A DNA stretch of 64,000 bases from Minisyncoccota bacterium (GTDB lineage: Bacteria; Patescibacteriota; Minisyncoccia; Phycocordibacterales; PALSA-1337), in assembly GCA_028713005.1 (NCBI GenBank), contig JAQTPC010000004.1:2745-66744 (forward strand), read 5' to 3'. Shown piece after piece: positions 27,260 to 36,930 of this stretch. The first letter of the stretch is position 1. Each line of letters starts with the position of its first letter. The notes beneath the pieces were generated by a model. The model did no database searches. It worked only from the letters and a program-made list of their open reading frames with translations, and was not told the DNA's origin. Position numbers and translations under genes: made by a program.

Positions 27260-27793
27260 TTATGCCGCCTTCTTACCCTGCTTTCTGCGGATAACTTCAT
27301 CAGAGTAACGGATACCCTTTCCGAGATATGGTTCAGGCTTCTTTGTAGCACGAGTAACTGCTGCGAACTGGCCCACAACTTCACAGTCAATACCTGAGAC
27401 GATGATGTTGGCCTTTTCTGTAGTTACCTTGAGGCCAGCAGGGATAGGAAGAGTGACCTGATGTGAGAAACCGACGTTGAGAACAAGGTTTGTACCTTTT
27501 ACATCAGCCTTGAAACCGATACCTTCAATAACAAGTCTCTTTTCATATGCTTTGTGAACACCAGCAATCATGTTACGGATGTGTGAAGCATACGTACCGA
27601 GCATAGCTGCAGCCTGGAGCGTGTTACGGTTCTTTGCGAGAACGATCTCACTGTTTGCAATAGTGACTGAAACATCATCACGGAGGTTTTTCTTGAGCTC
27701 GCCGAGAGGACCTTTGACAGACAAAACACCGTTAACAAAAGTAACTTCTGTCTTGGCTGGGATCACTATAGGTTTTTTGGCAATTCTTGACAT
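27260..27793 (-). CDS. rplF: 50S ribosomal protein uL6
   Basis: MSRIAKKP, PEPYLGKGIRY. Confidence 0.97.
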   Translation of the reverse strand: MSRIAKKPIVIPAKTEVTFVNGVLSVKGPLGELKKNLRDDVSVTIANSEIVLAKNRNTLQAAAMLGTYASHIRNMIAGVHKAYEKRLVIEGIGFKADVKGTNLVLNVGFSHQVTLPIPAGLKVTTEKANIIVSGIDCEVVGQFAAVTRATKKPEPYLGKGIRYSDEVIRRKQGKKAA

Positions 27794-27811
27794 AGTAGTA
27801 TTGAAATATTA

Positions 27812-28198
27812 TTACCAAATCTTAAAGAGGATTTCTCCGCCAAGTTTGAGCTTTTTTGCATCGACGTCAGTCATGATACCCTTTGAAGTAGTGAAGATGG
27901 TGTTACCAAAACCACTACGGAATGAGCGAATGTCTGCTGCTTTCTGATAAAGACGGCGTGATGGCTTTGAGATACGTTCTACACCGTTGATACGTGGTAC
28001 GCCATCAAAATAGACGAGACCAAGCTCAATCTCACGCTTTGTCTTACTCTTTTCTACAGAAGAGATATAGCCGGCCTTCTTGAGAACATGAGCAACATTC
28101 TCAGAGAGCTTCGATGCGATAACAGTGACTGATGCTTTCTTTGCATCACTGCTATTCTTGATACGTGTTATGAGGTCTGAAATAGGGTCTGTTACCAT
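27812..28198 (-). CDS. rpsH: 30S ribosomal protein uS8
   Basis: [26 protein letters not shown]. Confidence 0.97.
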   Translation of the reverse strand: MVTDPISDLITRIKNSSDAKKASVTVIASKLSENVAHVLKKAGYISSVEKSKTKREIELGLVYFDGVPRINGVERISKPSRRLYQKAADIRSFRSGFGNTIFTTSKGIMTDVDAKKLKLGGEILFKIW

Positions 28199-28377
28199 GA
28201 TGATTTCTTTATGCCTGGGATAATACCTTCATTGGCGAATTCACGGAAACAAATACGGCAGAGGTCAAAATCACGCATATAACCGTGCTTACGACCACAA
28301 CGGAAACAACGACGAACAACACGCGAAGCAAACTTCGGTGTTCTCTTTGAGCGTGCAATGACTGCTTTGGTTGCCAT
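28192..28377 (-). CDS. rpsN: 30S ribosomal protein uS14, zinc-binding type
   Basis: [14 protein letters not shown]; overlaps the rpsH start. Confidence 0.96.
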   Translation of the reverse strand: MATKAVIARSKRTPKFASRVVRRCFRCGRKHGYMRDFDLCRICFREFANEGIIPGIKKSSW

Positions 28378-28501
28378 AATTTGTATTAGGTAAAATGAGT
28401 GAAATTTTGAAAATAAAATTTCGATTGGTTAGCTTAGCCATTAATTTAGGCGTTTGCTTCCAATCACTGCCTCAGAACGAGCTTTTATTGAGGTAGGTAT
28501 G

Positions 28502-28530
28502 ATACTAGCAGATGATAGGAAATGAGTCAA
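28502..28530 (-). promoter_or_regulatory. Promoter restarting the spc operon at rpsN
   Basis: TTGACT-17-TAGTAT. Confidence 0.6.
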
Positions 28531-28547
28531 ATAAAAACCACCCTGCT

Positions 28548-28943
28548 CTATGAGTGGGGTGGCTGAGATGCTAATGCGTATATTTCGAGGAAATCAATTT
28601 TAGAAGTAACTGTCACTTTACATCCAAAAAACCGTGAACAATGTATCAACTCATTTGGCGAAGCAATTATAGCCATATGTGTCCAAATGAGATTTGAGGT
28701 ATTTGCTCTCCTTTTGAAAAACACACTATGACCAACTGGCATGAGATTAAACTCTTCCGGCGAGAGATGAAAATCTGTAGGCGGATACCCGGCATCAGTA
28801 AAAGCGGGCATTTCGATACCAGCTTCACGATACACTTCAATAACGAAATGAACGCAATGGAATGTATGCCAATCAAAAGGTTTTCCAAGATAGTTATGTG
28901 CAATTGTAACGATAGAGTTCGACAATGATGGTGAAAGAATCAT
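28548..28943 (-). CDS. NlpC/P60 (C40) family Cys-peptidase-like protein, no signal peptide
   Basis: YLGKPFDW..HCVHFVIEVY..AGI..HMAI..LIHC; AAAGGA SD. Confidence 0.75.
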   Translation of the reverse strand: MILSPSLSNSIVTIAHNYLGKPFDWHTFHCVHFVIEVYREAGIEMPAFTDAGYPPTDFHLSPEEFNLMPVGHSVFFKRRANTSNLIWTHMAIIASPNELIHCSRFFGCKVTVTSKIDFLEIYALASQPPHS

Positions 28944-28974
28944 ACTTTCCTTTCTCTTTGATTATTTAATGAAC

Positions 28975-29001
28975 AAAAAACCTGCCGATTAAGGCAGGTT
29001 T
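28975..29001 (-). terminator. Attenuator terminator upstream of the NlpC/P60 gene
   Basis: AAACCTGCC-ttaatc-GGCAGGTTT-TTTT on the minus strand. Confidence 0.75.
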
Positions 29002-29022
29002 AGTACTTACACGCGTAAATAC

Positions 29023-29091
29023 CTACCTGCCCTTAATGAGAGAAGCATAAACAAAACCTGACCACGTCTGAATGTGTTTATTTATAAGCAT
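29023..29091 (-). CDS. Putative 22-aa leader peptide MLINKHIQTWSGFVYASLIKGR
   Basis: TGTGATAAT extended -10 8 nt upstream; its last codons are complementary to the 5' arm of the terminator. Confidence 0.55.
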   Translation of the reverse strand: MLINKHIQTWSGFVYASLIKGR

Positions 29092-29137
29092 AGGTAGAAA
29101 TTATCACACAAATTACATATTTGCCAGGATTATTACT

Positions 29138-30220
29138 TTAGATATTAGTACTATTTAACGATGACGACATTATCTTACATGAAGCTGTAGATCCATCGTC
29201 AAACGCAACACCATCTCCGCTCACGGCAGCACTGTCATAACAATAACTTGAGCCAGAAGAATTTAAAACTGCAGAGATAGCATACGTCTCTCCTTCCGCA
29301 TAACAGGTAACAACATTTTTATCTTTTAACTGAACAAATACTGAAGCAAATGATGCGTCCGCAAACATTCCTTGTGAACAGCTTCGAGTCTTTGAATATG
29401 TATTATTATCTCCATAATAAACTTCTGCTTGAGTTCTTAACTGACTAAGCACTGTTCTGACTTGAGCATCTTGTCCTTTTTGGCGAGCAGAACTCAGTGC
29501 AACAAGTACAACCGATGACATGATACCGAATATTGCAATCATTGGGAGAATGCAAGCGATGATAATACCTACGACTAGACCAGCAGTATGAGGTTTAGCT
29601 GGATCTTTATATATCACAACACTATGTGCGAACATATCATGCAATCCTTGTTTCTTTGCCGTAAATCCAGCAATAATAAAACCGATACAAAGAATAATTT
29701 GAGAAACAAACTTGCCAAGAGTTTCGCGTAACAAAACTTTACCGAATGAAAGTTTTTCAAAGCTATCTGACTTAACAGTAATACCAACCAGCATTTTTCC
29801 AAGGGTCGCGCCGGAATAATATGTCATCAAAGTGAAATATGTCCATGTCAGAAGCAATGAGACAACATAAGATAATGCCCCGGCAGTCTGTGTAGCAGAT
29901 CCTGGGTTTTTTATTAAAATCAATCCTAAAAGAAACTGCGTCATGGCAATCGGTATAGCAATAATCAAGCTATCAACCATGATCGCGACAAATCTAACCC
30001 AAAAACCAGCATATTTTACATTTACAGGAGGAGTTGGAACAGTACCTGTAGGTGCAACTGGATTGTGAGCTGGCTGATTGAGTTCGAGAGTTGCAAAAGC
30101 ATCATTTACATCGACAAGATTCCATCCACCAGCACTTACGAGATTTTGTTGTATAGACTCTTTTGTTAAACCTTGTGCTATCTGTTGTTTGACGTACTCA
30201 AGCAATTGCGTATTTGCCAT
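29138..30220 (-). CDS. RDD domain protein fused to a type IV pilin-like C-terminal domain
   Basis: YAGFWVRFVA..TLGK..QGLHD (RDD); IFGIMSSVVLVALSSARQKGQDAQVR (pilin alpha-1-like). Confidence 0.8.
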   Translation of the reverse strand: MANTQLLEYVKQQIAQGLTKESIQQNLVSAGGWNLVDVNDAFATLELNQPAHNPVAPTGTVPTPPVNVKYAGFWVRFVAIMVDSLIIAIPIAMTQFLLGLILIKNPGSATQTAGALSYVVSLLLTWTYFTLMTYYSGATLGKMLVGITVKSDSFEKLSFGKVLLRETLGKFVSQIILCIGFIIAGFTAKKQGLHDMFAHSVVIYKDPAKPHTAGLVVGIIIACILPMIAIFGIMSSVVLVALSSARQKGQDAQVRTVLSQLRTQAEVYYGDNNTYSKTRSCSQGMFADASFASVFVQLKDKNVVTCYAEGETYAISAVLNSSGSSYCYDSAAVSGDGVAFDDGSTASCKIMSSSLNSTNI

Positions 30221-30264
30221 AAAAATATATTAAGACTTGTAATTAGTGCCCTGATAATAGCACA

Positions 30265-31467
30265 TTATTTAAATGTAAAACTTGAGACAATACTCTCAGC
30301 ATCCTTTATCAAACTTAAGCCTCTATCTAGACTTGATTTGAATACAACACTGTATAGTGTGCCTCCATGCACTGCACTATATTGTAATATAGCCTCTCTT
30401 GCCGACTGATCTGAACCTGTACTGCTAACTGTAAAGGCTATCACAACCGCCTTTTCACCACTCAATGTACTTGAACTTACTTTACCCAATACTGCACCTG
30501 CAAATTCTGATTTTATAATCGTATCTACATTTTCAGAAGTGATGATTTGGTCAACCGAATCGATCAGTCCGGATGTATCAGGTATAGGTGTTATAGCAAC
30601 ACACATGATATAGCCTGAAGCAGAACTCGAGGCTTGCACACCCTGTCCCCCATTTGAGGTTACACTTGGTTTCCAACCTCTAGGTAGAGTAAACGAGTAC
30701 AATGCATTATCAACAATGCTCGATTTAGATTTTAAAGGAGATACCTGGGTATTCACTACTGGCACTTGACTGGTCTTTTTTGTAAACCTATCAGTAACTG
30801 ATTGAACTAGGTTTGGTTGGAAAAAATAAACATATGCACCAGCGCCGACAAAAGCACATATAATAAACACGAAAATCAAAATAAGAATACCTGAACGACG
30901 TGGTGAAGATGATTGCTGCGGAACAACAAACGCTTTTGATGCCACAGTTTGTGGCATCGAAGAAAAGCTTGGTGGTGGAGTAAATGTTCGTGGTGGTGTT
31001 GGAATTGGACTTGTCTGATATTGTTGAGCAAATGTTGCAGGTGGTGGCTTGGGAAAGCTAGCAATCGGTTGACTTGTCTGAACAGGATTTGATGGATACT
31101 GTGATACGGATGATACTGGTGGTTTTGGTGTTGAGATAGGTGTAGGAGTAATCTTGATTTCAATAGGTGGTTTAGGTGCGATCGGAGGTGCAGTGAATTG
31201 TGGTTTTGGAGCTATAACTGGCGTTGATACGGGCACAGAAACTACTGGTATTACTGGGGCTGGAGTTGTGGGCACAAAAACTTTTGGACTTATTGTCGCT
31301 GTTGGCGTTTGACTAGTAACTACACTATGACCGAGTGCTATAAACGCCTCTTTGATATCAACTGCACTCCAACCACCTTCCGCAATAAGTTTTTGTTGTA
31401 CAGCTTCTGCACTCGAACCATGTGCCAGTTTATATGAAATGTAATCAAGTAATTGTTTATTTGTCAT
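30265..31467 (-). CDS. Membrane protein: short N-terminal helical domain, Pro-rich linker, TM, PsbP-like extracellular domain
   Basis: N-terminus resembles that of the neighbouring gene; YSFTLPRGW..IVSSFTFK. Confidence 0.7.
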   Translation of the reverse strand: MTNKQLLDYISYKLAHGSSAEAVQQKLIAEGGWSAVDIKEAFIALGHSVVTSQTPTATISPKVFVPTTPAPVIPVVSVPVSTPVIAPKPQFTAPPIAPKPPIEIKITPTPISTPKPPVSSVSQYPSNPVQTSQPIASFPKPPPATFAQQYQTSPIPTPPRTFTPPPSFSSMPQTVASKAFVVPQQSSSPRRSGILILIFVFIICAFVGAGAYVYFFQPNLVQSVTDRFTKKTSQVPVVNTQVSPLKSKSSIVDNALYSFTLPRGWKPSVTSNGGQGVQASSSASGYIMCVAITPIPDTSGLIDSVDQIITSENVDTIIKSEFAGAVLGKVSSSTLSGEKAVVIAFTVSSTGSDQSAREAILQYSAVHGGTLYSVVFKSSLDRGLSLIKDAESIVSSFTFK

Positions 31468-31533
31468 AGGAATATACTAAATATACACAAAGTATATCCT
31501 AGTACTGACACAATAACAGCTCCCACCTGTTGA

Positions 31534-33378
31534 TTACAGAAATAACCTCACCAACCTGATCTCCTCAAAGGTGAAACTACTGCCGAGGATATTTTTGACC
31601 GGCGAAAGTGCTCTACCACCCCCCTCTTGCATGCCCACTGCATGAAACGCCATAGAAATCTTTTTGAAACGTGTAACGGGGAGTGCATCACGAAGATGTG
31701 AAATATTCCATGTAGGATCTTCTCTTTTCTCATGTTCTATATGATTGAGGATAGTATCAAAAGATAGACCGCGCTCCGTTGCTACTTCACGGACAGATTT
31801 TCCCATGTCGATGAGGCTGCGAGTCACCTCTGCAGTAGGTATCTTTGGTTTTTTACCTTTTCTGGTTCGTTTAACCGCCTTTGCTCGATCTGCAAAATCT
31901 TCATCAGACTCACCGTCTTCTTTTGTCACCGGATCAGGGCCAAGGAATTTCTTTTGTCGAACATTGAGATCATCAGCTGATAACCCCATAAAATGGGCTT
32001 GGGCTTTTTTTGATTGTTCACGAAAGTGCTTATCGAATTCATATGCTTCCGGATGGATATGCAGGGCCATATCATTGAGTCCTGCCAAGGTAAGGCCGAG
32101 GAGCGACCGTACACGCGAGAGCGCTACATAACCCATACCCTTCTCAAAAGAACGTGACAGGTCGATATGTGCAGCGTCGAGAGACATGCCCTGACTCTTA
32201 TGGATGGTTATAGCCCATGCGAGGCGTAGAGGATACTGTTCAATCTCAGCCAACGTCCTATCTCCCTCATCGACACGCCAGCTTTCGAGTGGTACATCTA
32301 TCTCTCTACCATCAAGCGTTTTGACGACGATACTGTCATAGGTACATTCAGCGACAATGCCACGTGTGCCGTTGGCATATCCAACTTCCCAATTATTTTT
32401 TACAAACATGACTTGTGCGCCAACTTTAAGCCTGAGAACCTCAGGCGCCAAGCAAGATTTCTTTAAACCTTCAATGAGCTTTTTGTTCCCGTGTGAAATC
32501 ATCTTATACTCCAAGAATCCCCCAGGAACTGCATTGAGCTCGCGATCATTTTCGGCATCAACATCGCTATTGTGAGAATAGAGTCGTGTTGCTTTTATGT
32601 TTTCAGTTAAAATCGTAGGAATTTCAATAGGAATATCTGTTTCGCTTTTCTTTTTAACTTCATCTTCATCACCGATAAAGACCACGTCTTCTTCAGAACC
32701 CATGTGCTCATCAGTTAAAAACTCTATGCCATCATCCTCTTTTTTATTACGAGAAATAATACGGCCATTTAATAAGTCCATCATATCTGTTGAGAGCGAC
32801 TGGGCACGAATACCATTTAAAATTCCAACATACTCCTTGTCCAACTGACGATGTTGCTCTTCGAGATAACAGACAACAAAGTTAGCCTCCTTCCAAGCCT
32901 TTGAATGATACGCGAAATACGCATCAGGCTCGCCCCCACGAGATATTGGAGGCAATTGGAAAAAATCTCCACACACCACAACCTGTAAGCCTCCGAATGG
33001 CGCGTCTGACTTACGAATCTTCTTCACGATTTCATTTATGAGATCCAAACGAAAATGATGGAGCATGGATATCTCATCGATGATAAGAACTTTGGCCGCT
33101 TCTATCTTTGTCTTTACATAACTCTTTTCTGATATTTCCTCGAGATCTTGTTCTGAGAGAGTGTCGCGTACGCCGACACCAGACCATGAGTGGATCGTGA
33201 CGCCGCCCATATGGGTCGCTGCGATACCAGTAGAAGCTGTGATACCAACGGGTATTTCTCGTTCACGTAAGCACTGTAGATATTCTCGAAGAACATAGGT
33301 TTTGCCGCTGCCCGCTGGTCCGGTCAGAAAAACGTTCGCTCCTGTTTTGAGGATATTTAATGCTTCAGCTTGGGTCAT
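31534..33378 (-). CDS. PIF1/RecD-like SF1B DNA helicase with C-terminal HTH
   Basis: TGPAGSGKT, IIDEISM, GDFFQLPP, AWAITIHKSQG, YVALSR. Confidence 0.93.
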   Translation of the reverse strand: MTQAEALNILKTGANVFLTGPAGSGKTYVLREYLQCLREREIPVGITASTGIAATHMGGVTIHSWSGVGVRDTLSEQDLEEISEKSYVKTKIEAAKVLIIDEISMLHHFRLDLINEIVKKIRKSDAPFGGLQVVVCGDFFQLPPISRGGEPDAYFAYHSKAWKEANFVVCYLEEQHRQLDKEYVGILNGIRAQSLSTDMMDLLNGRIISRNKKEDDGIEFLTDEHMGSEEDVVFIGDEDEVKKKSETDIPIEIPTILTENIKATRLYSHNSDVDAENDRELNAVPGGFLEYKMISHGNKKLIEGLKKSCLAPEVLRLKVGAQVMFVKNNWEVGYANGTRGIVAECTYDSIVVKTLDGREIDVPLESWRVDEGDRTLAEIEQYPLRLAWAITIHKSQGMSLDAAHIDLSRSFEKGMGYVALSRVRSLLGLTLAGLNDMALHIHPEAYEFDKHFREQSKKAQAHFMGLSADDLNVRQKKFLGPDPVTKEDGESDEDFADRAKAVKRTRKGKKPKIPTAEVTRSLIDMGKSVREVATERGLSFDTILNHIEHEKREDPTWNISHLRDALPVTRFKKISMAFHAVGMQEGGGRALSPVKNILGSSFTFEEIRLVRLFL

Positions 33379-33437
33379 GGGTGCTAGTATATCACCTCAA
33401 ATAAAAAATCCCGACACAACCTGTGTCGGGAGCGATA

Positions 33438-34607
33438 CTAGCAATTCTTCCAAAGCGAGCTCAGGCTCGGATTGCGTGCCAACGAATAATTTGAATAATC
33501 GAGATCATCCGTCACATCTCGCGATTTTCCGAGAAAATCCGGAAGCGAGACTTGGTCGTTCGCATCCGTCAGCTCGATCTCGAGCATAACCAACCCTTGA
33601 TGTAGGCCTAAGAATACATCCAGCTCAAAATACTGATCTTTGTAAACAAAGGTTTTACGAGTCTTTGTGACAGGACAGCAGTCGGGCTTGGCGAATCTCA
33701 GCAACCGAGTGAACTCTGAAGCAGTAATGATGCTTTCAGTTTCATAACGCCCGAAACTACCAGAAAATCCTGGCAGCGTCTTTTTGATCGTCCGATAGCA
33801 CGTCGTTATCCCGCGCCAGGTGCGCATGCGGATTCGTTCATCCCCTTCTGGAGTCTTGATGTAATACTGAACGATTGAGACGTTCTCGTGAGGAACCGAA
33901 ATCAGAGGCTCATTTTTAAGATGGAACTTCCGTTCAATCTCAATCGGCACTGGGATACCGAGAATATGAGTGATCGCTGCAACAGACTTCCGCACCTTAG
34001 TCTGCAGGTCGATGAAACCACCGTTACCATCTGTATTACTGATAACGACGAGATGAGGATGATGGATCCACGAACGTAACGTCCTTTCATCAAGCTCTTT
34101 CGCTTCCTCGACTGTTTCTCGGCGAGCAATGTTATTGGCGCATGTGTAAAGATGTGGCGCATCATATGCCAAACTGCGCAGATAGATGACGCCCTTATAC
34201 GGAACTTCCCCAAGCAAAGCGGCATCATAGCCCAACTTTTCGGCCATTTTAAAGAATACATCGGGTGAGATATAAGCCGAACCATCGAGACGACCTCGAT
34301 CGGTCAATATAACCTTGTGTTTTGCCTTGATACACTTCATCGCTTGGTGGTAGCGATATTCGCGTTCGACGGAAGCGAGAAGTATCTGCGTTTGGAAATC
34401 TTCTGGTGAACCGAAATCACCGAAAGAAAGCCCGTGAGTCGCAAATTCAGTTGCGATCTCAGGAACAACACAGGCATGAACCCCTTTGTCTTGAAGATGA
34501 CGGGTAGACTGCGCTAAGACGGTTGATTTTCCAGCACAAGCGCCACCTGTTTCAGCAATTGTCGTAATGTCACTTAATGCTAATGGATGAACGATTTGGT
34601 TGAGCAT
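33438..34607 (-). CDS. NadR/Ttd14-type AAA ATPase fused to a CYTH domain
   Basis: TGGACAGKST, TDRGRLD; EIERKF, RIR, FELDVF, LEIE. Confidence 0.85.
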   Translation of the reverse strand: MLNQIVHPLALSDITTIAETGGACAGKSTVLAQSTRHLQDKGVHACVVPEIATEFATHGLSFGDFGSPEDFQTQILLASVEREYRYHQAMKCIKAKHKVILTDRGRLDGSAYISPDVFFKMAEKLGYDAALLGEVPYKGVIYLRSLAYDAPHLYTCANNIARRETVEEAKELDERTLRSWIHHPHLVVISNTDGNGGFIDLQTKVRKSVAAITHILGIPVPIEIERKFHLKNEPLISVPHENVSIVQYYIKTPEGDERIRMRTWRGITTCYRTIKKTLPGFSGSFGRYETESIITASEFTRLLRFAKPDCCPVTKTRKTFVYKDQYFELDVFLGLHQGLVMLEIELTDANDQVSLPDFLGKSRDVTDDLDYSNYSLARNPSLSSLWKNC

Positions 34608-34750
34608 ACTACGATCCTTTCGTTGTGAGGGTTTATTTCAAAAAACTAAGACTGATCTGAGACTACTACAGCAGTACGTACCTGTAAACCCTGAACTTGA
34701 GAAACAAAAAAACCACTCAAGGTGGTTTTTTCTTACTTAAAAAAGTGAAA

Positions 34751-35323
34751 CTATTTCTTTCCTTTCTTGTCATCCTCCTTCTTGAGTGGGAGACCGAGGT
34801 ATTCGAGGAAACCGAGAGTCTGTGCTCTGTCACTTGAAGTTGTGACGAGAGTGATAGCAAGACCGAAAACATCCTTGAGGTCTTCATCTGATGTTTCTGG
34901 GAAGATAGTGTGCTCCTTGATACCGATCGTATAGTTGCCCATAGCGTCAACAGAGTTGCGTGAGAGACCGCGGAAGTCCTTTGTACGAGGGAGAGCGATG
35001 TTGATCAAACGATCCATGAAATCAAACATGCGTGGACCACGGAGAGTAATCTGATAACCGAGCGGATCGCCAACACGAGTCTTGAAAGTAGCGATGGCTT
35101 TCTTTGCGGCACGGGGAGCTGGCTTTTGACCAGTAATGCGTGCGAGACGCTCTGCAATGATCTCGATCTTTTTCTTATCCTTCACAGAACCGAAACTACT
35201 ACTGACAACCACCTTCTTGAGCTGTGGAGCCTGCATAGCGTTTTTGATATTCAACGTATCTTTGAGAGCTTTGAATGATTCTTTGTTGAGTTCGAGAACT
35301 GTTTTTTTGTGAGTAGTAGTCAT
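34751..35323 (-). CDS. rplE: 50S ribosomal protein uL5
   Basis: ITGQKP, ALPRTKDFRG, GNYTIGIKE. Confidence 0.97.
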   Translation of the reverse strand: MTTTHKKTVLELNKESFKALKDTLNIKNAMQAPQLKKVVVSSSFGSVKDKKKIEIIAERLARITGQKPAPRAAKKAIATFKTRVGDPLGYQITLRGPRMFDFMDRLINIALPRTKDFRGLSRNSVDAMGNYTIGIKEHTIFPETSDEDLKDVFGLAITLVTTSSDRAQTLGFLEYLGLPLKKEDDKKGKK

Positions 35324-35345
35324 GGCAATATATTAAAATGAAATG

Positions 35346-35564
35346 TTATTCAGTCTTTGCAACCTTTGAAGCATGCATAGGCATAGCACGGTCAACGATC
35401 TGACCCTTTGTTCCCTGCTTGCGAGACTTCTCGTGACGCTTCATCATGTTCATACCTTCGATGAGAACCTTTCCTGTAGCAGGAAAAGCCTTCATGACCT
35501 TACCTGTCTTGCCCTTGTCATCTCCTGAGAGTATTTTAACTGTGTCGCCTTTTTTGATATGCAT
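35346..35564 (-). CDS. rplX: 50S ribosomal protein uL24 (short, 72 aa)
   Basis: IKKGDTVKILSGDDKGKTG KOW motif. Confidence 0.95.
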   Translation of the reverse strand: MHIKKGDTVKILSGDDKGKTGKVMKAFPATGKVLIEGMNMMKRHEKSRKQGTKGQIVDRAMPMHASKVAKTE

Positions 35565-35575
35565 GGTAGTAGAAG

Positions 35576-35947
35576 TTATACGATTTCTGAAGCTTTTGAA
35601 GCGATAGTTTTGAAGCCAGCTTCTGCAATCTCACGTGGGATTGGGCCGAAGATACGTCCAGCGATAGGTTCTTTCTTGTCCTTTTCAATGATAACAACTG
35701 CGTTCTCATCAAAACGAATGTATGAACCGTCCTTTCTACGAGTAGCTTTGCGCTGACGAACAACAACAGCATGGAGAACATCCTTTTTCTTTACTGCCTT
35801 ACGAGGTTCTGCCTTTTGAACTGAGAGCACAACGACTTCACCAATCTCAGCATAACGTTTGTGAGATGCGCCGAGAACTTTGAAAATACGTCCGATCTTT
35901 GCACCAGAGTTATCAGCGATATTGACGATTGAGCGTGGTTGAATCAT
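35576..35947 (-). CDS. rplN: 50S ribosomal protein uL14
   Basis: ADNSGAK, IRFDENAVV, RIFGPIPRE. Confidence 0.98.
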   Translation of the reverse strand: MIQPRSIVNIADNSGAKIGRIFKVLGASHKRYAEIGEVVVLSVQKAEPRKAVKKKDVLHAVVVRQRKATRRKDGSYIRFDENAVVIIEKDKKEPIAGRIFGPIPREIAEAGFKTIASKASEIV

Positions 35948-35964
35948 AGTAGTATATTAAAAAT

Positions 35965-36225
35965 TTAGGCAATAACCTTGAAAGATTTGTTCTTTGAGAT
36001 TGGACGGCACGCCTCGACTGTAGCTTTGTCACCTATCTTCTTTGTGTTACCGATATCTGAAGCCATAATCTTTGTTCTCTTGTTGATGAACTTCTGATAC
36101 TTTGGGTGTTTGACGAAGCGACTAACAACCACAACGACCGTGTCCTTCATTTTGTCAGAACTAACAACACCAGTGAATGTCTGGGGTGTGAGCTTCTTTT
36201 CTGCTGTTGTTGTAGTTGCTTTCAT
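35965..36225 (-). CDS. rpsQ: 30S ribosomal protein uS17
   Basis: SDKMKDTVVV, HPKY, CRPISK. Confidence 0.97.
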   Translation of the reverse strand: MKATTTTAEKKLTPQTFTGVVSSDKMKDTVVVVVSRFVKHPKYQKFINKRTKIMASDIGNTKKIGDKATVEACRPISKNKSFKVIA

Positions 36226-36266
36226 AAGAGTTGTGATATTACTTGAAATTAGGTGATTTGTCTAGT

Positions 36267-36467
36267 TTATGCTGTTTTCTGCGCATTCATTGCAGTCAAA
36301 ATGCGTGCGATATCCTTTCTGATTGACTTACCCTCTTTGACATTCTTTGCCTTTGCACCAGCTGTGCCAAAACGAAAGAGACGGAGAGCTTCACGCTTGT
36401 CCGCAACCATCTTTGCGAGGTCAGCATGTGTCTTGTGTGCGATGTCTTTATTGAGAGTAGATTTCAT
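36267..36467 (-). CDS. rpmC: 50S ribosomal protein uL29
   Basis: LFRF..IRKDIARILT; operon position. Confidence 0.93.
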   Translation of the reverse strand: MKSTLNKDIAHKTHADLAKMVADKREALRLFRFGTAGAKAKNVKEGKSIRKDIARILTAMNAQKTA

Positions 36468-36486
36468 AATAGTATATATAAAGTAT

Positions 36487-36912
36487 TTAGATACGTGTGA
36501 CAACCTTTGTCTTCATAGGAAGCTTTGTGCCTGCCTTACGGAGAGCTTCGCGGGCAACCTCTGCATCAACACCGTCAATCTCGAACATGACACGTCCTGG
36601 CTTAACCTCACATACGAAGCCGACTGGTTCACCCTTTCCCTTTCCCATTTTTACTTCGGCAGGCTTTTGGGTATATGGACGATCTGGAAAAACGCGGACC
36701 CAGACCTTGCCAGACTTGGTAGCATAACGAGCCATAACTTTACGAGCTGATTCAATCTGGTTTGAAGTGATGCGGGCATACTTCATAGCCTTGAGACCGT
36801 ATGAGCCAAAAGAGACCTCGACGCCACGAGTTTCATTTTTTGCAGCTTCCTTAACGCTGTTCTTGCGTTTGGTGAACCACTTGCGGTGTTTTACTTTCTT
36901 AGGGAATAGCAT
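36487..36912 (-). CDS. rplP: 50S ribosomal protein uL16
   Basis: QIESAR, FPDRPYTQKP, MGKGKG. Confidence 0.98.
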   Translation of the reverse strand: MLFPKKVKHRKWFTKRKNSVKEAAKNETRGVEVSFGSYGLKAMKYARITSNQIESARKVMARYATKSGKVWVRVFPDRPYTQKPAEVKMGKGKGEPVGFVCEVKPGRVMFEIDGVDAEVAREALRKAGTKLPMKTKVVTRI

Positions 36913-36930
36913 GGTAGTAAATTAAATGAT

